A DNA stretch of 32,000 nt from Longivirga aurantiaca (GCF_042660085.1 NZ_JBHSTI010000008.1:1269876-1301875), one strand, 5' to 3'; shown: positions 1 to 9,960, counted from the first letter of the stretch. Translations and numbers: made by a program. Notes: generated by a model from the sequence alone, not told the origin.

Positions 1-1
1 C

Positions 2-1087
2 CTCGTGAGCGGAGGAAGGCTGCTGCGCGCGCTCGTCGTCGAGCACCCGCGCGACGCGCTCGCCCTTGCGGTGGGCCACCAGGTCGACTTCTTCACGGCG
101 GATGCGCCGGCCCTCCGCGACCGCGTGGGCGGCGCGCTCTCCGCCTGGACCGAGGACGACCCGCACCTCGGGCAGCTGCTCGGCATGCACGCGTTCGGCC
201 TCGAGGAGTGCGGGCTCTACGGACGCTCGGAGGACGTCGGGCTCCGGGCGCTCGAGCTCGACCGGTCGGACGTGTGGGCGCTGCACGCCGTCGCGCACAC
301 CTTCGAGATGCAGGGCCGGTTCGCCGAGGGCCGCGCCTTCCTCGACGAGCGCGCGGGCGACTGGCAGCAGGGCAACTTCCTCAACGTCCACAACTGGTGG
401 CACTACTGCCTCTACCTGCTCGAGGCCGGCGACACCCGGCGTCCGCTGGAGATCTACGACGCCGTCCTGCACCACGCGGAGTCCGCCGGTCTCGCGATGG
501 AGATGCTGGATGCGTCTGCGCTGCTGTGGCGGCTGCTGCTCGAGGGCGAGGACACGGGGTCGCGGTGGACGGCTCTCGCCGAGGCGTGGGACGCGAAGGT
601 CGCGGTGCCTCTCTACTCGTTCAACGACATGCACGCCGTGATGGCGTACATCGGTGCCGGCCGCCTGCGCGACGCCGAGCGGCTGGTCGAGAGCCGGACC
701 CAGTGGCTCGCGGGCGACGTCGACCCGGCGGTCACCAACGTGACGATGACGCGCGAGGTCGGTCTGCCCGTCGCACGGGCGCTCGTGGCCTTCGCGCGCG
801 AGGACTACGCCACCGCGGTCGAACTGCTGGCGCCCATCAGGAGCCGCGTGCAGCTGTTCGGCGGCAGCCACGCGCAGCGGGACGCCGTGCAGCGCACGCT
901 GCTCGAGGCGGCCATCCGTGCGGGCCGGCTCGATCTCGCGCGGACGCTGGTCTCGGAGAGGCTCGGGATCAACCCGTGCAGCCCCTACTCCTGGCTCAAG
1001 CGCGCGACCGTGGTGCAGGCGCTCGGCGACGAGGTCGGCGCCGACCTCGCGCGCGCGGAGGCCGAGGCGCTCCGCACCGCTCGCTGA
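2..1087 (+). CDS. Tetratricopeptide repeat protein 38 (TTC38)-like family protein, 5' truncated by the window edge
   Basis: ORF with GTG at 5, but the frame is open to the window edge. The sequence [15 protein letters not shown]...[12 protein letters not shown]...[12 protein letters not shown]...[14 protein letters not shown] matches the interior of TTC38-like proteins, whose N-terminal part would lie upstream. Confidence 0.82.
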   Translation, partial: LVSGGRLLRALVVEHPRDALALAVGHQVDFFTADAPALRDRVGGALSAWTEDDPHLGQLLGMHAFGLEECGLYGRSEDVGLRALELDRSDVWALHAVAHTFEMQGRFAEGRAFLDERAGDWQQGNFLNVHNWWHYCLYLLEAGDTRRPLEIYDAVLHHAESAGLAMEMLDASALLWRLLLEGEDTGSRWTALAEAWDAKVAVPLYSFNDMHAVMAYIGAGRLRDAERLVESRTQWLAGDVDPAVTNVTMTREVGLPVARALVAFAREDYATAVELLAPIRSRVQLFGGSHAQRDAVQRTLLEAAIRAGRLDLARTLVSERLGINPCSPYSWLKRATVVQALGDEVGADLARAEAEALRTAR

Positions 1088-1269
1088 GCTGTCGGCCGGT
1101 GGAGGACCCCGTTCCGCGACCGGCCGACGCCCCGGCGTCGACCCGCTCGATGCACCTCGGCCGAGCACTCGGTGCACGTCGGAGGAACCGGATGCGCGTC
1201 GGGGGAGGCGTGGCGACACTCGACCTCCGCGGCCGTCGCCGGGCGGCCGGACAGCGCGAGGGAGCGGAC

Positions 1270-1362
1270 ATGGCTCTCGAGGACATCGTCGGTCAGGCGA
1301 AGGAGATGCTCAGCAGCAGCGAGGTGGAGCAGGGCGCCCAGGCGCTCAAGGACCGGGTCTAG
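1270..1362 (+). CDS. Putative 30-aa microprotein (MALEDIVGQAKEMLSSSEVEQGAQALKDRV)
   Basis: ATG preceded by a purine-rich SD (gagggag), stop at 1360-1362, and a strong hairpin immediately downstream (1379-1417). Confidence 0.5.
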   Translation: MALEDIVGQAKEMLSSSEVEQGAQALKDRV

Positions 1363-1378
1363 GCACCGAACGGCTCTG

Positions 1379-1417
1379 CACGGGTGGGTGGCGCGGTCGA
1401 CGCGCCGCCCACCCGTG
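1379..1417 (+). terminator. Hairpin terminator candidate after the 30-aa ORF
   Basis: cacgggtgggtggcgcg-gtcga-cgcgccgcccacccgtg: 17-bp stem with one G.U wobble and a 5-nt loop, starting 17 nt after a stop codon. Confidence 0.65.
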
Positions 1418-1500
1418 GCCGTTCCGGCAGCGTGCGCGACGAAGGGGCGTACTGTCCGGAGTCACGGAGCCGTTCAGGCTTCCCGGCTCGAGGAGCCACC

Positions 1501-1632
1501 ATGGCCGACAAGTCCCCGCGACAGCACCTGCAGAAGAAGACGGCCGGGAAGTCCCTCAAGGAGAAGCGCCTCGACAAGAAGGCCAAGGCGGGCACCTCGC
1601 ACGAGATCATCCCGTCGACCAAGAAGCACTGA
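1501..1632 (+). CDS. Small lysine-rich conserved-type hypothetical protein (43 aa)
   Basis: ATG at 1501 with upstream gaggagccacc; MADKSPRQHLQKKTAGKSLKEKRLDKKAKAGTSHEIIPSTKKH, stop at 1630-1632. Confidence 0.65.
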   Translation: MADKSPRQHLQKKTAGKSLKEKRLDKKAKAGTSHEIIPSTKKH

Positions 1633-1642
1633 CCGCGGGTCG

Positions 1643-2500
1643 TCAGGGGCGGGCTCGCACCTCGAGTGCGAGCAGGTCGGCCGTGCACCGGTCCGGCTGC
1701 TGAGCGTGCAGGTCGTGGTGCGCACCGACGTACCACTGCACCTCGGCGTCGGGGATGCGGTCAAGAGCCTCGGTGACGGGCGTCGACCCGAGGGGGACGG
1801 CGTCGACCGCAGCCATGAGGAGCGTCGGCACCTGCACCCGCGGGTAGAGCGGGCGCGGATCGTCCTGCCACAGCGAGTGCACGATGCTGCGGTGATGCTC
1901 GCGTGCGAGGTGCGGCCGCACGGTGCCGTCGGGCAGGTCGCCGAAGTTCGCCAGCGCTCCGAGCCGACCCTCCTCCGGCCAGTCGCTGTTCCAGCTGCGG
2001 GCGCGCTCCTCGAGCGACGCGCGCGTCCAGCCGTCGAAGACCGGCGGGGCCAGCTGCTCCCAGCACTCGTCGAAGGTCGGGAACCGGTCCGACAGGTGGA
2101 TCCACCCGCCGTCGACCAGAGCGATCGCGCCGACGCCGCGGTGCTCGGCCGCGAGCGTGAGCACGACGTTGCCGCCCCACGACTGGCCTGCGACGACCGG
2201 CGCGCGATCGCCGGTCCATCCGAGGGCCGCGATCAGATCGCTCAGATCGCATGCGGCCGTGGAGGTGTCGTAGCCGTCCACGGTCTCCTCCGACCGGCCG
2301 TGGCCGCGCTGGTCGACGGCGACCACCTCGTGACCGGCCGCGGCGAGCCTGCGCGCAACCCCGTCCCACAGCCGTGCGTTCGAGGCGAGGCCGTGCACGA
2401 GCAGGAAGGGACGCCGCTCGCCCGGGGCACGACGCAGCGCCATCCGGAAGCCGGGCAGGGCGATGTCGTCGTCGACGAGGCCGGGGAGCACGTCGCTCAT
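1643..2500 (-). CDS. Alpha/beta hydrolase
   Basis: MSDVLPGLVDDD...FLLVHGLASNARLW...VVAVDQRGHGRS...VVAGQSWGGNVVL...GAHHDLHAQQPD: nucleophile elbow GQSWGG and a C-terminal His. ATG at 2500 overlaps the upstream gene stop (ATGA). Confidence 0.88.
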   Translation of the reverse strand: MSDVLPGLVDDDIALPGFRMALRRAPGERRPFLLVHGLASNARLWDGVARRLAAAGHEVVAVDQRGHGRSEETVDGYDTSTAACDLSDLIAALGWTGDRAPVVAGQSWGGNVVLTLAAEHRGVGAIALVDGGWIHLSDRFPTFDECWEQLAPPVFDGWTRASLEERARSWNSDWPEEGRLGALANFGDLPDGTVRPHLAREHHRSIVHSLWQDDPRPLYPRVQVPTLLMAAVDAVPLGSTPVTEALDRIPDAEVQWYVGAHHDLHAQQPDRCTADLLALEVRARP

Positions 2501-3447
2501 GATGCCCCAGCCACCCGGGCGATCTCGTCGACGGTGCGCGCGACGGCGAGCGACTCCGAGAGCGGGAGCACCCACGCGTCCTCGCCGAGGACCAGCGAGG
2601 AGGCGGCCTCGACCATGAGCCGGTAGGCGTCGCACTCGGCGAACTCCTCGACCTGCTCGACTCCGTCGCGCACGATCCGCAGGGTCGACGGCTCGCGCCA
2701 GGACGTGAACGCCGGGTGCGGCAGCTCGAGGGCGAATCCGGGTGCGGTCACCGTCCACCCCTGCGACTCGGGCCGGACGAACGAGCCCAGCACCGAGGCC
2801 CGGCCGCGGTCCGATGCCAGCGTCGCGGTGGTCGTGAGGTCGACACCGGTCGGGCCGAGGTCGTGCGCCGCGTCCACGACCGTCGGCTCGTGCCCGAGGG
2901 CGACCATCGCCGCGGCGGTCGCGTACACGCCGACGTCGAGGAGGGCGCCGCCGCCGCGCGACGGGTCGAGCCGGTAGTTGTCGTCGGGCACGCCGGCGAA
3001 GGTGAACCAGGTGCGGATGTCGAGCTCGCCGGGCACCTCGGCCAGGAGCTCCTCCACGCGACGGGTCCGCGGGTGCCAGCGGTTCCAGGCGGCCTCGACG
3101 AGGTGCACGCCGTTGCGCTGCGCCGCCGCCGTCATCTCGGCCACCTCGTCGGCGTGCAGCGCGAGCGGCTTCTCGCACAGCACGTGCTTGCCGGCCGCCA
3201 GAGCCGCAGTGACCCACGGGAGGTGGGCGTCGTTGGGGAGCGAGATGTAGACGGCGTCGACGTCGTCGGCCGCCAGCACCTCGTCGTACGACGAGACCGC
3301 GCGCACCGGCTCGAGCGACCGCGCCCGGTCGAGGTCCCGTGCACCCACCACCTGGAGCACGGCGTTCTCCGCCTGGTGCACCACAGGGCCGACACCGCGG
3401 GTGGCGATGAAGCCTGCGCCGAGGAAGCCCCAGCGCACCTGCGTCAT
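2497..3447 (-). CDS. Gfo/Idh/MocA family oxidoreductase
   Basis: MTQVRWGFLGAGFIATRG...VYISLPNDAHLPWVTAALAAGKHVLCEKPLALHADEVAEM: Rossmann GxGxxx motif and EKP motif. Confidence 0.92.
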   Translation of the reverse strand: MTQVRWGFLGAGFIATRGVGPVVHQAENAVLQVVGARDLDRARSLEPVRAVSSYDEVLAADDVDAVYISLPNDAHLPWVTAALAAGKHVLCEKPLALHADEVAEMTAAAQRNGVHLVEAAWNRWHPRTRRVEELLAEVPGELDIRTWFTFAGVPDDNYRLDPSRGGGALLDVGVYATAAAMVALGHEPTVVDAAHDLGPTGVDLTTTATLASDRGRASVLGSFVRPESQGWTVTAPGFALELPHPAFTSWREPSTLRIVRDGVEQVEEFAECDAYRLMVEAASSLVLGEDAWVLPLSESLAVARTVDEIARVAGAS

Positions 3448-5090
3448 CGCGGGACCACCGGCCGGCCCGAGTCCTCCGCCGAGGCACGCGCCGCCTCCAT
3501 GACGGCGAGCACCCGGCGCGACTGCGCACCCGTCACCGACATCGGCAGCCCGAGGTGCAGGCGCTCGGCCAGCTCGCGGTGGAACGAGTACGGCGCGGCC
3601 GCAGGGGTGGCGAGGCGGGTGACGCTGCCGTCGCCCGCGTGCAGGTCGAGGAGCGGGGGGGAGTCGGCGGGGGCGAGCACGTCCTCGGCGAGGGTGCCGA
3701 TGTCGTTGCGCGACACGATCCTCTCGGTGCGCCACGTGCCGACGATCGCCCCCTCGGTGCCGAGCACGTACCACCGCGGCTTGAGCACCGCGGCGAGGTC
3801 CGAGTGGATGAACTCCGCCTCGACGCCGTCGGTGAAGCGCACCGTGACGCGCGAGTGGTCGGCGTTCGTGACGTCGTGCCAGCGGCGCTTGTGGGCGGCG
3901 GCCGTCACGTACTCGACGTCCGTGGGGACGAGGTCGAGGATCTGGTCGAGCACGTGCGAGCCCCAGTCGTAGAACGCGCCGCCCGACACGCCCTCGTCGG
4001 AGTGCCAGAGGTTGCAGGGGTGCCCGTAGCCGCCGACGAACGTCTCCAGGTGGAAGACGTCGCCGAGCGCGCCGGAGCGCACAGCTCGGCGTACGGCCAG
4101 ATGGTCGGGGTCGAAGCGCCGGTTCTGGTAGACGACGGCGAGCAGCCCTGCCGCGTCGGCCTCGGCCAGGACGGCGTCCGCCTCCTCGGTGCGGATCGCG
4201 AACGGCTTCTCGACCACCACGTGCTTGCCCGCGCGGATCGCACGCAGCGCCCAGTCGGCGTGGGTGCTCGGAGGCGTGGAGACCACGACGAGATCGACGT
4301 CGTCGCGGGCGATCAGGGCGTCGGCGTCGGACAGCGTCGCGATGCCGGGGGCGGCCTGGGCTGCGGCGTCGCGGCGGGCGGGCGAGGTGTCGCACACGGC
4401 CGAGAGCGCGAGGCCGTCGACGGCGCGCACCGCGCGGCTGTGCTCGTGCCCGATCGCGCCGTAGCCGAGCAGCCCGACCCGGACGTCCGCGGGGGTGCTG
4501 CGGCCGGTGACGTGCCCGAGGAGACCGACCAGAGCGCGCACGGTGGCCCGCTCGGCTGCCGCGGCGCCGGTGGTGCCGAGGGTCCAGGTGGCCACGCCGG
4601 TGCTCGGGCGCCAGGTCATGACGGGGTGCTCGACGAGGCCGACGGCCGCCACGCGCAGCACCTCGACGTCGTCGGTCACCTTGTCGGCAAGCATCACGCG
4701 GTCGGTGACGTGGTCGTGCGGGCCGTTGTGGTCGCCCTCGGCGTGCGTGTGACCCGACGTCGGCAGCAGGGCGCCGTCGCGCCCGACGCGCACGCGGACG
4801 TCGTGGACCGGCGTCGCCCGGCTCACGCGGAAGCCGGCGGCCTCGGCGAGGCGCGACTCGGTGTCGCCGCGTCCGAGGGTGGGCCCGGCGAGGATCACGG
4901 GGCGGGGGTCGGCGACGACGGACGCGAGCTCCCCGGCCGGCAAGGGGCGGTCGGCCCACACGAGGACGACGTCGGCGGAGTCGTGCGTCGACTCGGCGTG
5001 CCCGGCTGCGGAGAGCGTGTGCCGCAGGGCGTCGACCGCCGCGCGCAGCGGGTCGTCGTCGAGCTGCACGATCCAGGCGATACGGGTCAT
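3444..5090 (-). CDS. Gfo/Idh/MocA family oxidoreductase with about 200-aa N-terminal extension
   Basis: C-terminal part contains VRVGLLGYGAIGHEHSRAV...VVVSTPPSTHADWALRAIRAGKHVVVEKPFAI; the N-terminal segment (MTRIAWIVQLDDDPLRAAV...) is a separate domain. Confidence 0.88.
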   Translation of the reverse strand: MTRIAWIVQLDDDPLRAAVDALRHTLSAAGHAESTHDSADVVLVWADRPLPAGELASVVADPRPVILAGPTLGRGDTESRLAEAAGFRVSRATPVHDVRVRVGRDGALLPTSGHTHAEGDHNGPHDHVTDRVMLADKVTDDVEVLRVAAVGLVEHPVMTWRPSTGVATWTLGTTGAAAAERATVRALVGLLGHVTGRSTPADVRVGLLGYGAIGHEHSRAVRAVDGLALSAVCDTSPARRDAAAQAAPGIATLSDADALIARDDVDLVVVSTPPSTHADWALRAIRAGKHVVVEKPFAIRTEEADAVLAEADAAGLLAVVYQNRRFDPDHLAVRRAVRSGALGDVFHLETFVGGYGHPCNLWHSDEGVSGGAFYDWGSHVLDQILDLVPTDVEYVTAAAHKRRWHDVTNADHSRVTVRFTDGVEAEFIHSDLAAVLKPRWYVLGTEGAIVGTWRTERIVSRNDIGTLAEDVLAPADSPPLLDLHAGDGSVTRLATPAAAPYSFHRELAERLHLGLPMSVTGAQSRRVLAVMEAARASAEDSGRPVVPR

Positions 5091-5185
5091 CCGACGACAC
5101 TAGGCCCGACGGCAGCGCAGGGCGACCGGGATGGGTGACCGTTCGGTGACGTCCTGCCGCCGCCGCCGGTGCCAGACTTGCGGAC

Positions 5186-6331
5186 GTGCAGCTGGACTTC
5201 CACGGGTCACCCGAGCCGACCCTCGGTGTGGAGTGGGAGCTGGCCTTCGTCGACCGGGCCACTGGCGACCTGGTGCCGATCGCCGACGAGGTGCTCGCCG
5301 CCCTGCCGCCGCCGGAGGAGGGGCATCCCGCGCGGGTGCACAAGGAGCTGCTGCTCAACACCGTCGAGCTCGTGACCGGCATCTGCCGCACGGTGCCGGA
5401 GGCCGTCGCCGACCTGAAGCAGAGCCTCGACCTGGTGCGCGCGGTGACCGACGCGCGCGGGGTCGACCTGTTCTCGGCCGGCTCGCACCCCTTCGCCGAC
5501 GCGACCGAGCAGCTCGTCACCGAGGGGGAGCTCTACTCCACGCTGATCGACCGCACCCAGTGGTGGGGCCGGCAGATGCTCATCTACGGGGTCCACGTGC
5601 ACGTGGGGGTGCCGAGCGGTGATCGTGCGATCGCGGTGCTCAACGGGCTGCTGCCGTACTACCCGCACCTGCAGGTGCTGTCGGCGTCGTCGCCGTACTG
5701 GGGAGGGGTCGACACGGCCTACGCGAGCAACCGCGCGCTGATGTTCCAGCAGCTGCCGACCGCCGGGCTGCCGTTCCAGTTCGGGTCGTGGGCGGAGTTC
5801 GAGTCGTACGTCGGGGACATGTTCGAGACCGGTGTCGTCGACGAGTACCGGGAGATCCGCTGGGACCTGCGACCGTCGCCGTCGCTCGGCACGCTCGAGG
5901 TGCGCGTGTGCGACGGGCTGCCCACCCTGCTGGAGGTCGGTGCGGTCGCGGCGCTGACGCACTGCCTCGTCGTCGACCTGGGGCGCCGTCTCGACGACGG
6001 CGAGACGCTGCCCGTCCTGCCCCCATGGCACGTGCAGGAGAACAAGTGGCGCGTCGCGCGCTACGGCACCGAGGCGATCGTGATCCTCGACTCCGCGAAC
6101 CACGAGCGGCTCGTGACCGACGACGTGCGCGACCTCGTCGAGCGGCTCCTGCCGCTCGCGCGCGAGCTGGGCTGCGAGAAGCAGCTGCTCGACGTCCTCG
6201 TGATCCTCGCGGCGGGCAGCAGCGCCGACCGGCAGCGCGCCGTCGCCGCCCGCCACGGTGGCGACCTCGCAGCCGTCGTCGCCTCGCTCGTCGCCGAGCT
6301 CGACGCCGGTCGGCCGCTGCCCGCGATCTGA
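5186..6331 (+). CDS. ybdK: Carboxylate-amine ligase / glutamate--cysteine ligase type 2 (YbdK-like)
   Basis: TLGVEWELAFVDRATGDLVP...KELLLNTVELVTGIC...GSHPFADATEQLVTEGELYSTLIDRTQWWGRQMLIYGVHVHVGV: characteristic of the GCS2 family. Confidence 0.88.
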   Translation: MQLDFHGSPEPTLGVEWELAFVDRATGDLVPIADEVLAALPPPEEGHPARVHKELLLNTVELVTGICRTVPEAVADLKQSLDLVRAVTDARGVDLFSAGSHPFADATEQLVTEGELYSTLIDRTQWWGRQMLIYGVHVHVGVPSGDRAIAVLNGLLPYYPHLQVLSASSPYWGGVDTAYASNRALMFQQLPTAGLPFQFGSWAEFESYVGDMFETGVVDEYREIRWDLRPSPSLGTLEVRVCDGLPTLLEVGAVAALTHCLVVDLGRRLDDGETLPVLPPWHVQENKWRVARYGTEAIVILDSANHERLVTDDVRDLVERLLPLARELGCEKQLLDVLVILAAGSSADRQRAVAARHGGDLAAVVASLVAELDAGRPLPAI

Positions 6332-6559
6332 GGCTGCCGTTTCGCCGGCGGCGCGCGGGGCGGGGAAGGACTCGACCCGCGGGGCTGCGAAGGCTGGGAG
6401 CGATGGCAGGCACGGGCGAGCTCCACAAGCGCGCTGCCTACCCCCGGGGGGTGTGTGTCCTACGAGACAGGTGTCGCGGGCCAGAAGCGCTGCGCCGAGG
6501 TCGATGAACTTTCTACGATCGAGACACGAGAACGACGGACGGCTCTTGAGGAGCAGAAG

Positions 6560-7315
6560 ATGTCCAACCTGGCCGAGACACTGGTCCCGCTCATGCACGC
6601 CGAGCCCCGCAAGGACGCGACCTGGCGGCGGGCGACCCTCAGCCGTGATCCCGACGAGGTCGCCGGCATGTTCGACGGCGTCGCCTCGCGGTACGACGTC
6701 TGCAACGAGGTGCTCGCGCTCGGTCAGACCCGCGTGTGGCGCAAGGCGCTCGTGAACTCCGTCGATCCGCGTCCGGGCGAGGTCATCCTCGATCTGGCCG
6801 CAGGCACCGGCACCTCCAGCCTCCCGATCGCCGAGCGCGGCGCGACCGTGATCCCGTGCGACTTCAGCCAGGGCATGCTCATGGTCGGCCACGACCGTTG
6901 CCCGACCCTGCCCTTCACCGCCGGCGACGCCCTGCACCTGCCCTTCGGCGACGGCGCGTTCGACGGCGCAACCATCAGCTTTGGCCTGCGCAACGTGCAG
7001 GACGCCCGCGCAGCCCTGCGCGAGCTCTACCGCGTGGTGCGTCCCGGCGGACGCCTCGTGGTCTGCGAGTTCAGCCACCCGAAGCACAAGGTGCTCAACA
7101 CCATCTACTCCGAGTACCTCATGGGCGCGATCCCGTCGCTGGCGCGCGCCGTCGCGAGCAACCCGGAGGCCTACGTCTACCTCGCCGAGTCGATCCAGGC
7201 CTGGCCCGACCAGCGCACCCTCGCCGGTCACCTGTCCGAGGCCGGCTGGCGCGACGTCGAGTGGATGAACATCCACGGCGGCATCGTGGCGCTGCACCGC
7301 GGCTTCCGCGCCTGA
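6560..7315 (+). CDS. Class I SAM methyltransferase, demethylmenaquinone methyltransferase (UbiE/MenG)-like
   Basis: ATG at 6560 follows a good SD (gaggagcag); [29 protein letters not shown]...[16 protein letters not shown]...FGLRNVQD...[15 protein letters not shown]. The ORF is open upstream to 6455. Confidence 0.85.
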   Translation: MSNLAETLVPLMHAEPRKDATWRRATLSRDPDEVAGMFDGVASRYDVCNEVLALGQTRVWRKALVNSVDPRPGEVILDLAAGTGTSSLPIAERGATVIPCDFSQGMLMVGHDRCPTLPFTAGDALHLPFGDGAFDGATISFGLRNVQDARAALRELYRVVRPGGRLVVCEFSHPKHKVLNTIYSEYLMGAIPSLARAVASNPEAYVYLAESIQAWPDQRTLAGHLSEAGWRDVEWMNIHGGIVALHRGFRA

Positions 7316-7467
7316 CCGCTCGCTCCTCCTCGGGCGGGGTCCGCTGCTGGGATCCGTCGGGGAAGTCGCCGGCGTCCATGCCTGACCCCGTGACGCGAGG
7401 CTGGAGCTTCGGCGGTTCACCGCGACCGCGCGTGAAGTATCCGGCAACAGGCGGGGCTGCGTCGGGC

Positions 7468-8118
7468 ATGATCGCCGCATGGACTGCCCCTATGGATGAC
7501 AACTCGACGGTCGCGCCGTTGGACCGATCGATGCTGGACACGGCCAACGACACGCTCGTGACGGCCTTCATGGACGATTCGATGGTCGGGTGGGTGTTCC
7601 CCGATCCAGCTACCCGGGCACGCCGCCTGCGCCGACTCAACCGGGTCCCCCTCGAATACGGGATTCGCTACGGCTATGTCCAGCAGTCCGGGGAGGGCCG
7701 GTGCGTCGCGATCTGGATCCCTCCCGGGCAGGCGATGTCCCCGTGGCGGATGCTCCGATCGGGGATGCTCGCCGTGCCGTTGCAGACGGGGCTGGGGCCC
7801 TTGGCCCGGTTCGGGGGCGCGGGTGGAGTCATGGACAAGATCCACAAACGGCACATGGACGGGCCCCATTGGGAGTTGCTGATCGTCGGCGTGGACCCCG
7901 CCCTGCAGGGTCAGGGGCGCGGCAGCGCCCTCGTGCGCGATGGGCTGGCTCAGGCCGACGCGGCGGGACTGCCCTGCTACCTCAACACGAACACGCCCGC
8001 CAACCTGCCGTTCTACGAGCGGCTCGGGTTCGCCGTGCTCGAGGAAGCAGTTCTCGGCAAGGGCGGGCCACCGGCGTGGGCGATGCGGCGGGACCCGATC
8101 CCTCAGACCCCGGCCTGA
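7468..8118 (+). CDS. GNAT family N-acetyltransferase
   Basis: ...HWELLIVGVDPALQGQGRGSALVRDGLAQADAAGLPCYLNTNTPANLPFYERLGFAVLEE: the acetyl-CoA binding Q/RxxGxG/A motif. Start is uncertain (ATG at 7468 or 7492). Confidence 0.87.
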   Translation: MIAAWTAPMDDNSTVAPLDRSMLDTANDTLVTAFMDDSMVGWVFPDPATRARRLRRLNRVPLEYGIRYGYVQQSGEGRCVAIWIPPGQAMSPWRMLRSGMLAVPLQTGLGPLARFGGAGGVMDKIHKRHMDGPHWELLIVGVDPALQGQGRGSALVRDGLAQADAAGLPCYLNTNTPANLPFYERLGFAVLEEAVLGKGGPPAWAMRRDPIPQTPA

Positions 8119-8397
8119 CAGCCTGTTGCGGGTGCAGGTAGGGCGCGCATCGCGGAGTCAGAGGAAGTCTCCGCGAGCAGTGGACGACGGACGTCGCGGT
8201 GCCCCAACGCCGACGCTCTCACGCGAACTCGGCTGAGGCCCATCTCCCTGTCTCTCGCCGGGACTCCACGAACAGAATCCACGGCAGCGATCGAGCCGAT
8301 GTGCTGATCGAATCCGGGTCGTCGGCCGGTCTGGGGGCAGGCCGAAGGGCGGTCACCCGGTGGGGGTAAGGCTTCTCGGCGTTCTCGGTGTTCAGGG

Positions 8398-9960
8398 CTA
8401 GAACGGCGGGATGTCGTCGGCTGGGTCGGGTGGTGGTTGCCAGCCGGTGTAGGGGCGTGGGGGTATGTGGATGCGTTGGCCGAGGAGGGTGATGAGGGTG
8501 ACCGATCCGTCGGCGTGGCCTTCGTCGAGGGTGACGTAGCCGGCGGTCTTGAGCTGGTGGCAGCGGGTGGACAGGGCGCCGGTGTTGGCGGGGTCCGACG
8601 GGCCGTCGGGGTAGCGCAGGGCGTGGTCCATCTGCAGGGCGGTGATGCGTCGGCATCCGCAGCCGGGGATGCGGCAGCCGCCGTCGCGGTGCAGGACGTG
8701 GTCGCGCAGCGGTGCGGGGAGGTACTGCTCGCGGCCGTAGTCGAGCAGGTGCCCGGTGACGGGGTCGGTGACGATGCGGCGGAACGCCGTCGCGTAGCCG
8801 GCGATATCGCGGGCCATGGAGGCTGGGATGGGGCAGCCGTGCAGCAGGGCGGGGTTGTCGCGCTCGCCGCGCAGGGTCTCCAGATCGATGACCAGCTGGA
8901 CGTGCACGACGGTCTGGGCGGCGGGGTCGAACACGACCGACCCGTCCTGGGCCGTGGTGCCCAGGATGATCGCGGCCGCGGCGTCCGCGGCGCAGGCGTG
9001 CATCGAGGCGTCGGTGTCCCCGGCCCGCACCGCAGCGGCGCCGCCGCGGGCGGCGTGCAGGTCCTTCGCGGCGGCGCGGATGCGGTCGTGCATGGCGGCG
9101 ACGGTGGCGGCGTCGGTCTTGATGCCGAGCATGGCCATGCCGTCGGGCAGCCGGCACGTCCACACGTCGCGGTTCTCGATGGCCTTCGTGCGGCGGGCGG
9201 GGGCGTCGGGGTCGAACCGCAGGATCACCTGCTCCAACGCGTCGGTGAACCGGGGCGGGGTCAGGGTGAGCGCGAGGGGCAGGGCCTGCTCCCCGATCAA
9301 GACCAGGGTGGCGGCATCGGCGATGACGCGGGTGCGCTCGAGCAGGACCCGCACGTGCTTGTCCGACACCCGCCCTGCGGCCAGCGCCTCCTGCATGCCG
9401 GGGAACACCATCCGGTTGGCGCGGGCGGCGTCGATCATCTGCCGCGCTGCCCGGAACGAGGACCGGCACGCCTGGGCGAGCTCCACCTCCCAGTGCGCCT
9501 CGACGAGGTAGTCGTGGTCGTGGGGGAGCACCGGCACCAGCGACAGCACCGCGTCGTAGCGGCGGGCTGCGACGGCGGCCTCGACCCGGTTCAGCACCTT
9601 CACGTACGCGATCCGGGCCAACGGGTCGTCCAACGACGCCGGATCGGTGGCCTCCAGCAACGCCAGATCCTCAGCACCGCACCCCTGCGGCCGGTCGGCG
9701 GCAGCCAGGATCGCCTCAGGCGCCCACGCGGGAGGGGCGAGCGGCGCGTCACCTTCCGGACCGTGGTCGGACACCTCGACGCGGTCGAAGCCGTCGAGGT
9801 CGTCGCCGTGCTCACCGAGGTCGTCGGCGTAGATCACCCGGTCGTCGTCGCTGGGGTAGAGCCGGGCGAGCTCGGCGGCGAACGCGACCTCCTCCGGCGA
9901 CAGGACCGACACCAGAGACGGGTCGTCGAGCGCGAGGAGCGCGGTGTGCGTGCCCGTCAT
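8398..9960 (-). CDS. DUF222 domain-containing HNH endonuclease-like protein (13E12-repeat type)
   Basis: 520 aa; N-terminal DUF222-like region and a C-terminal HNH-like region CRIPGCGCRRITALQMDHALRYPDGPSDPANTGALSTRCHQLKTAG; strong SD (ggaaggagg). Confidence 0.88.
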   Translation of the reverse strand: MTGTHTALLALDDPSLVSVLSPEEVAFAAELARLYPSDDDRVIYADDLGEHGDDLDGFDRVEVSDHGPEGDAPLAPPAWAPEAILAAADRPQGCGAEDLALLEATDPASLDDPLARIAYVKVLNRVEAAVAARRYDAVLSLVPVLPHDHDYLVEAHWEVELAQACRSSFRAARQMIDAARANRMVFPGMQEALAAGRVSDKHVRVLLERTRVIADAATLVLIGEQALPLALTLTPPRFTDALEQVILRFDPDAPARRTKAIENRDVWTCRLPDGMAMLGIKTDAATVAAMHDRIRAAAKDLHAARGGAAAVRAGDTDASMHACAADAAAAIILGTTAQDGSVVFDPAAQTVVHVQLVIDLETLRGERDNPALLHGCPIPASMARDIAGYATAFRRIVTDPVTGHLLDYGREQYLPAPLRDHVLHRDGGCRIPGCGCRRITALQMDHALRYPDGPSDPANTGALSTRCHQLKTAGYVTLDEGHADGSVTLITLLGQRIHIPPRPYTGWQPPPDPADDIPPF

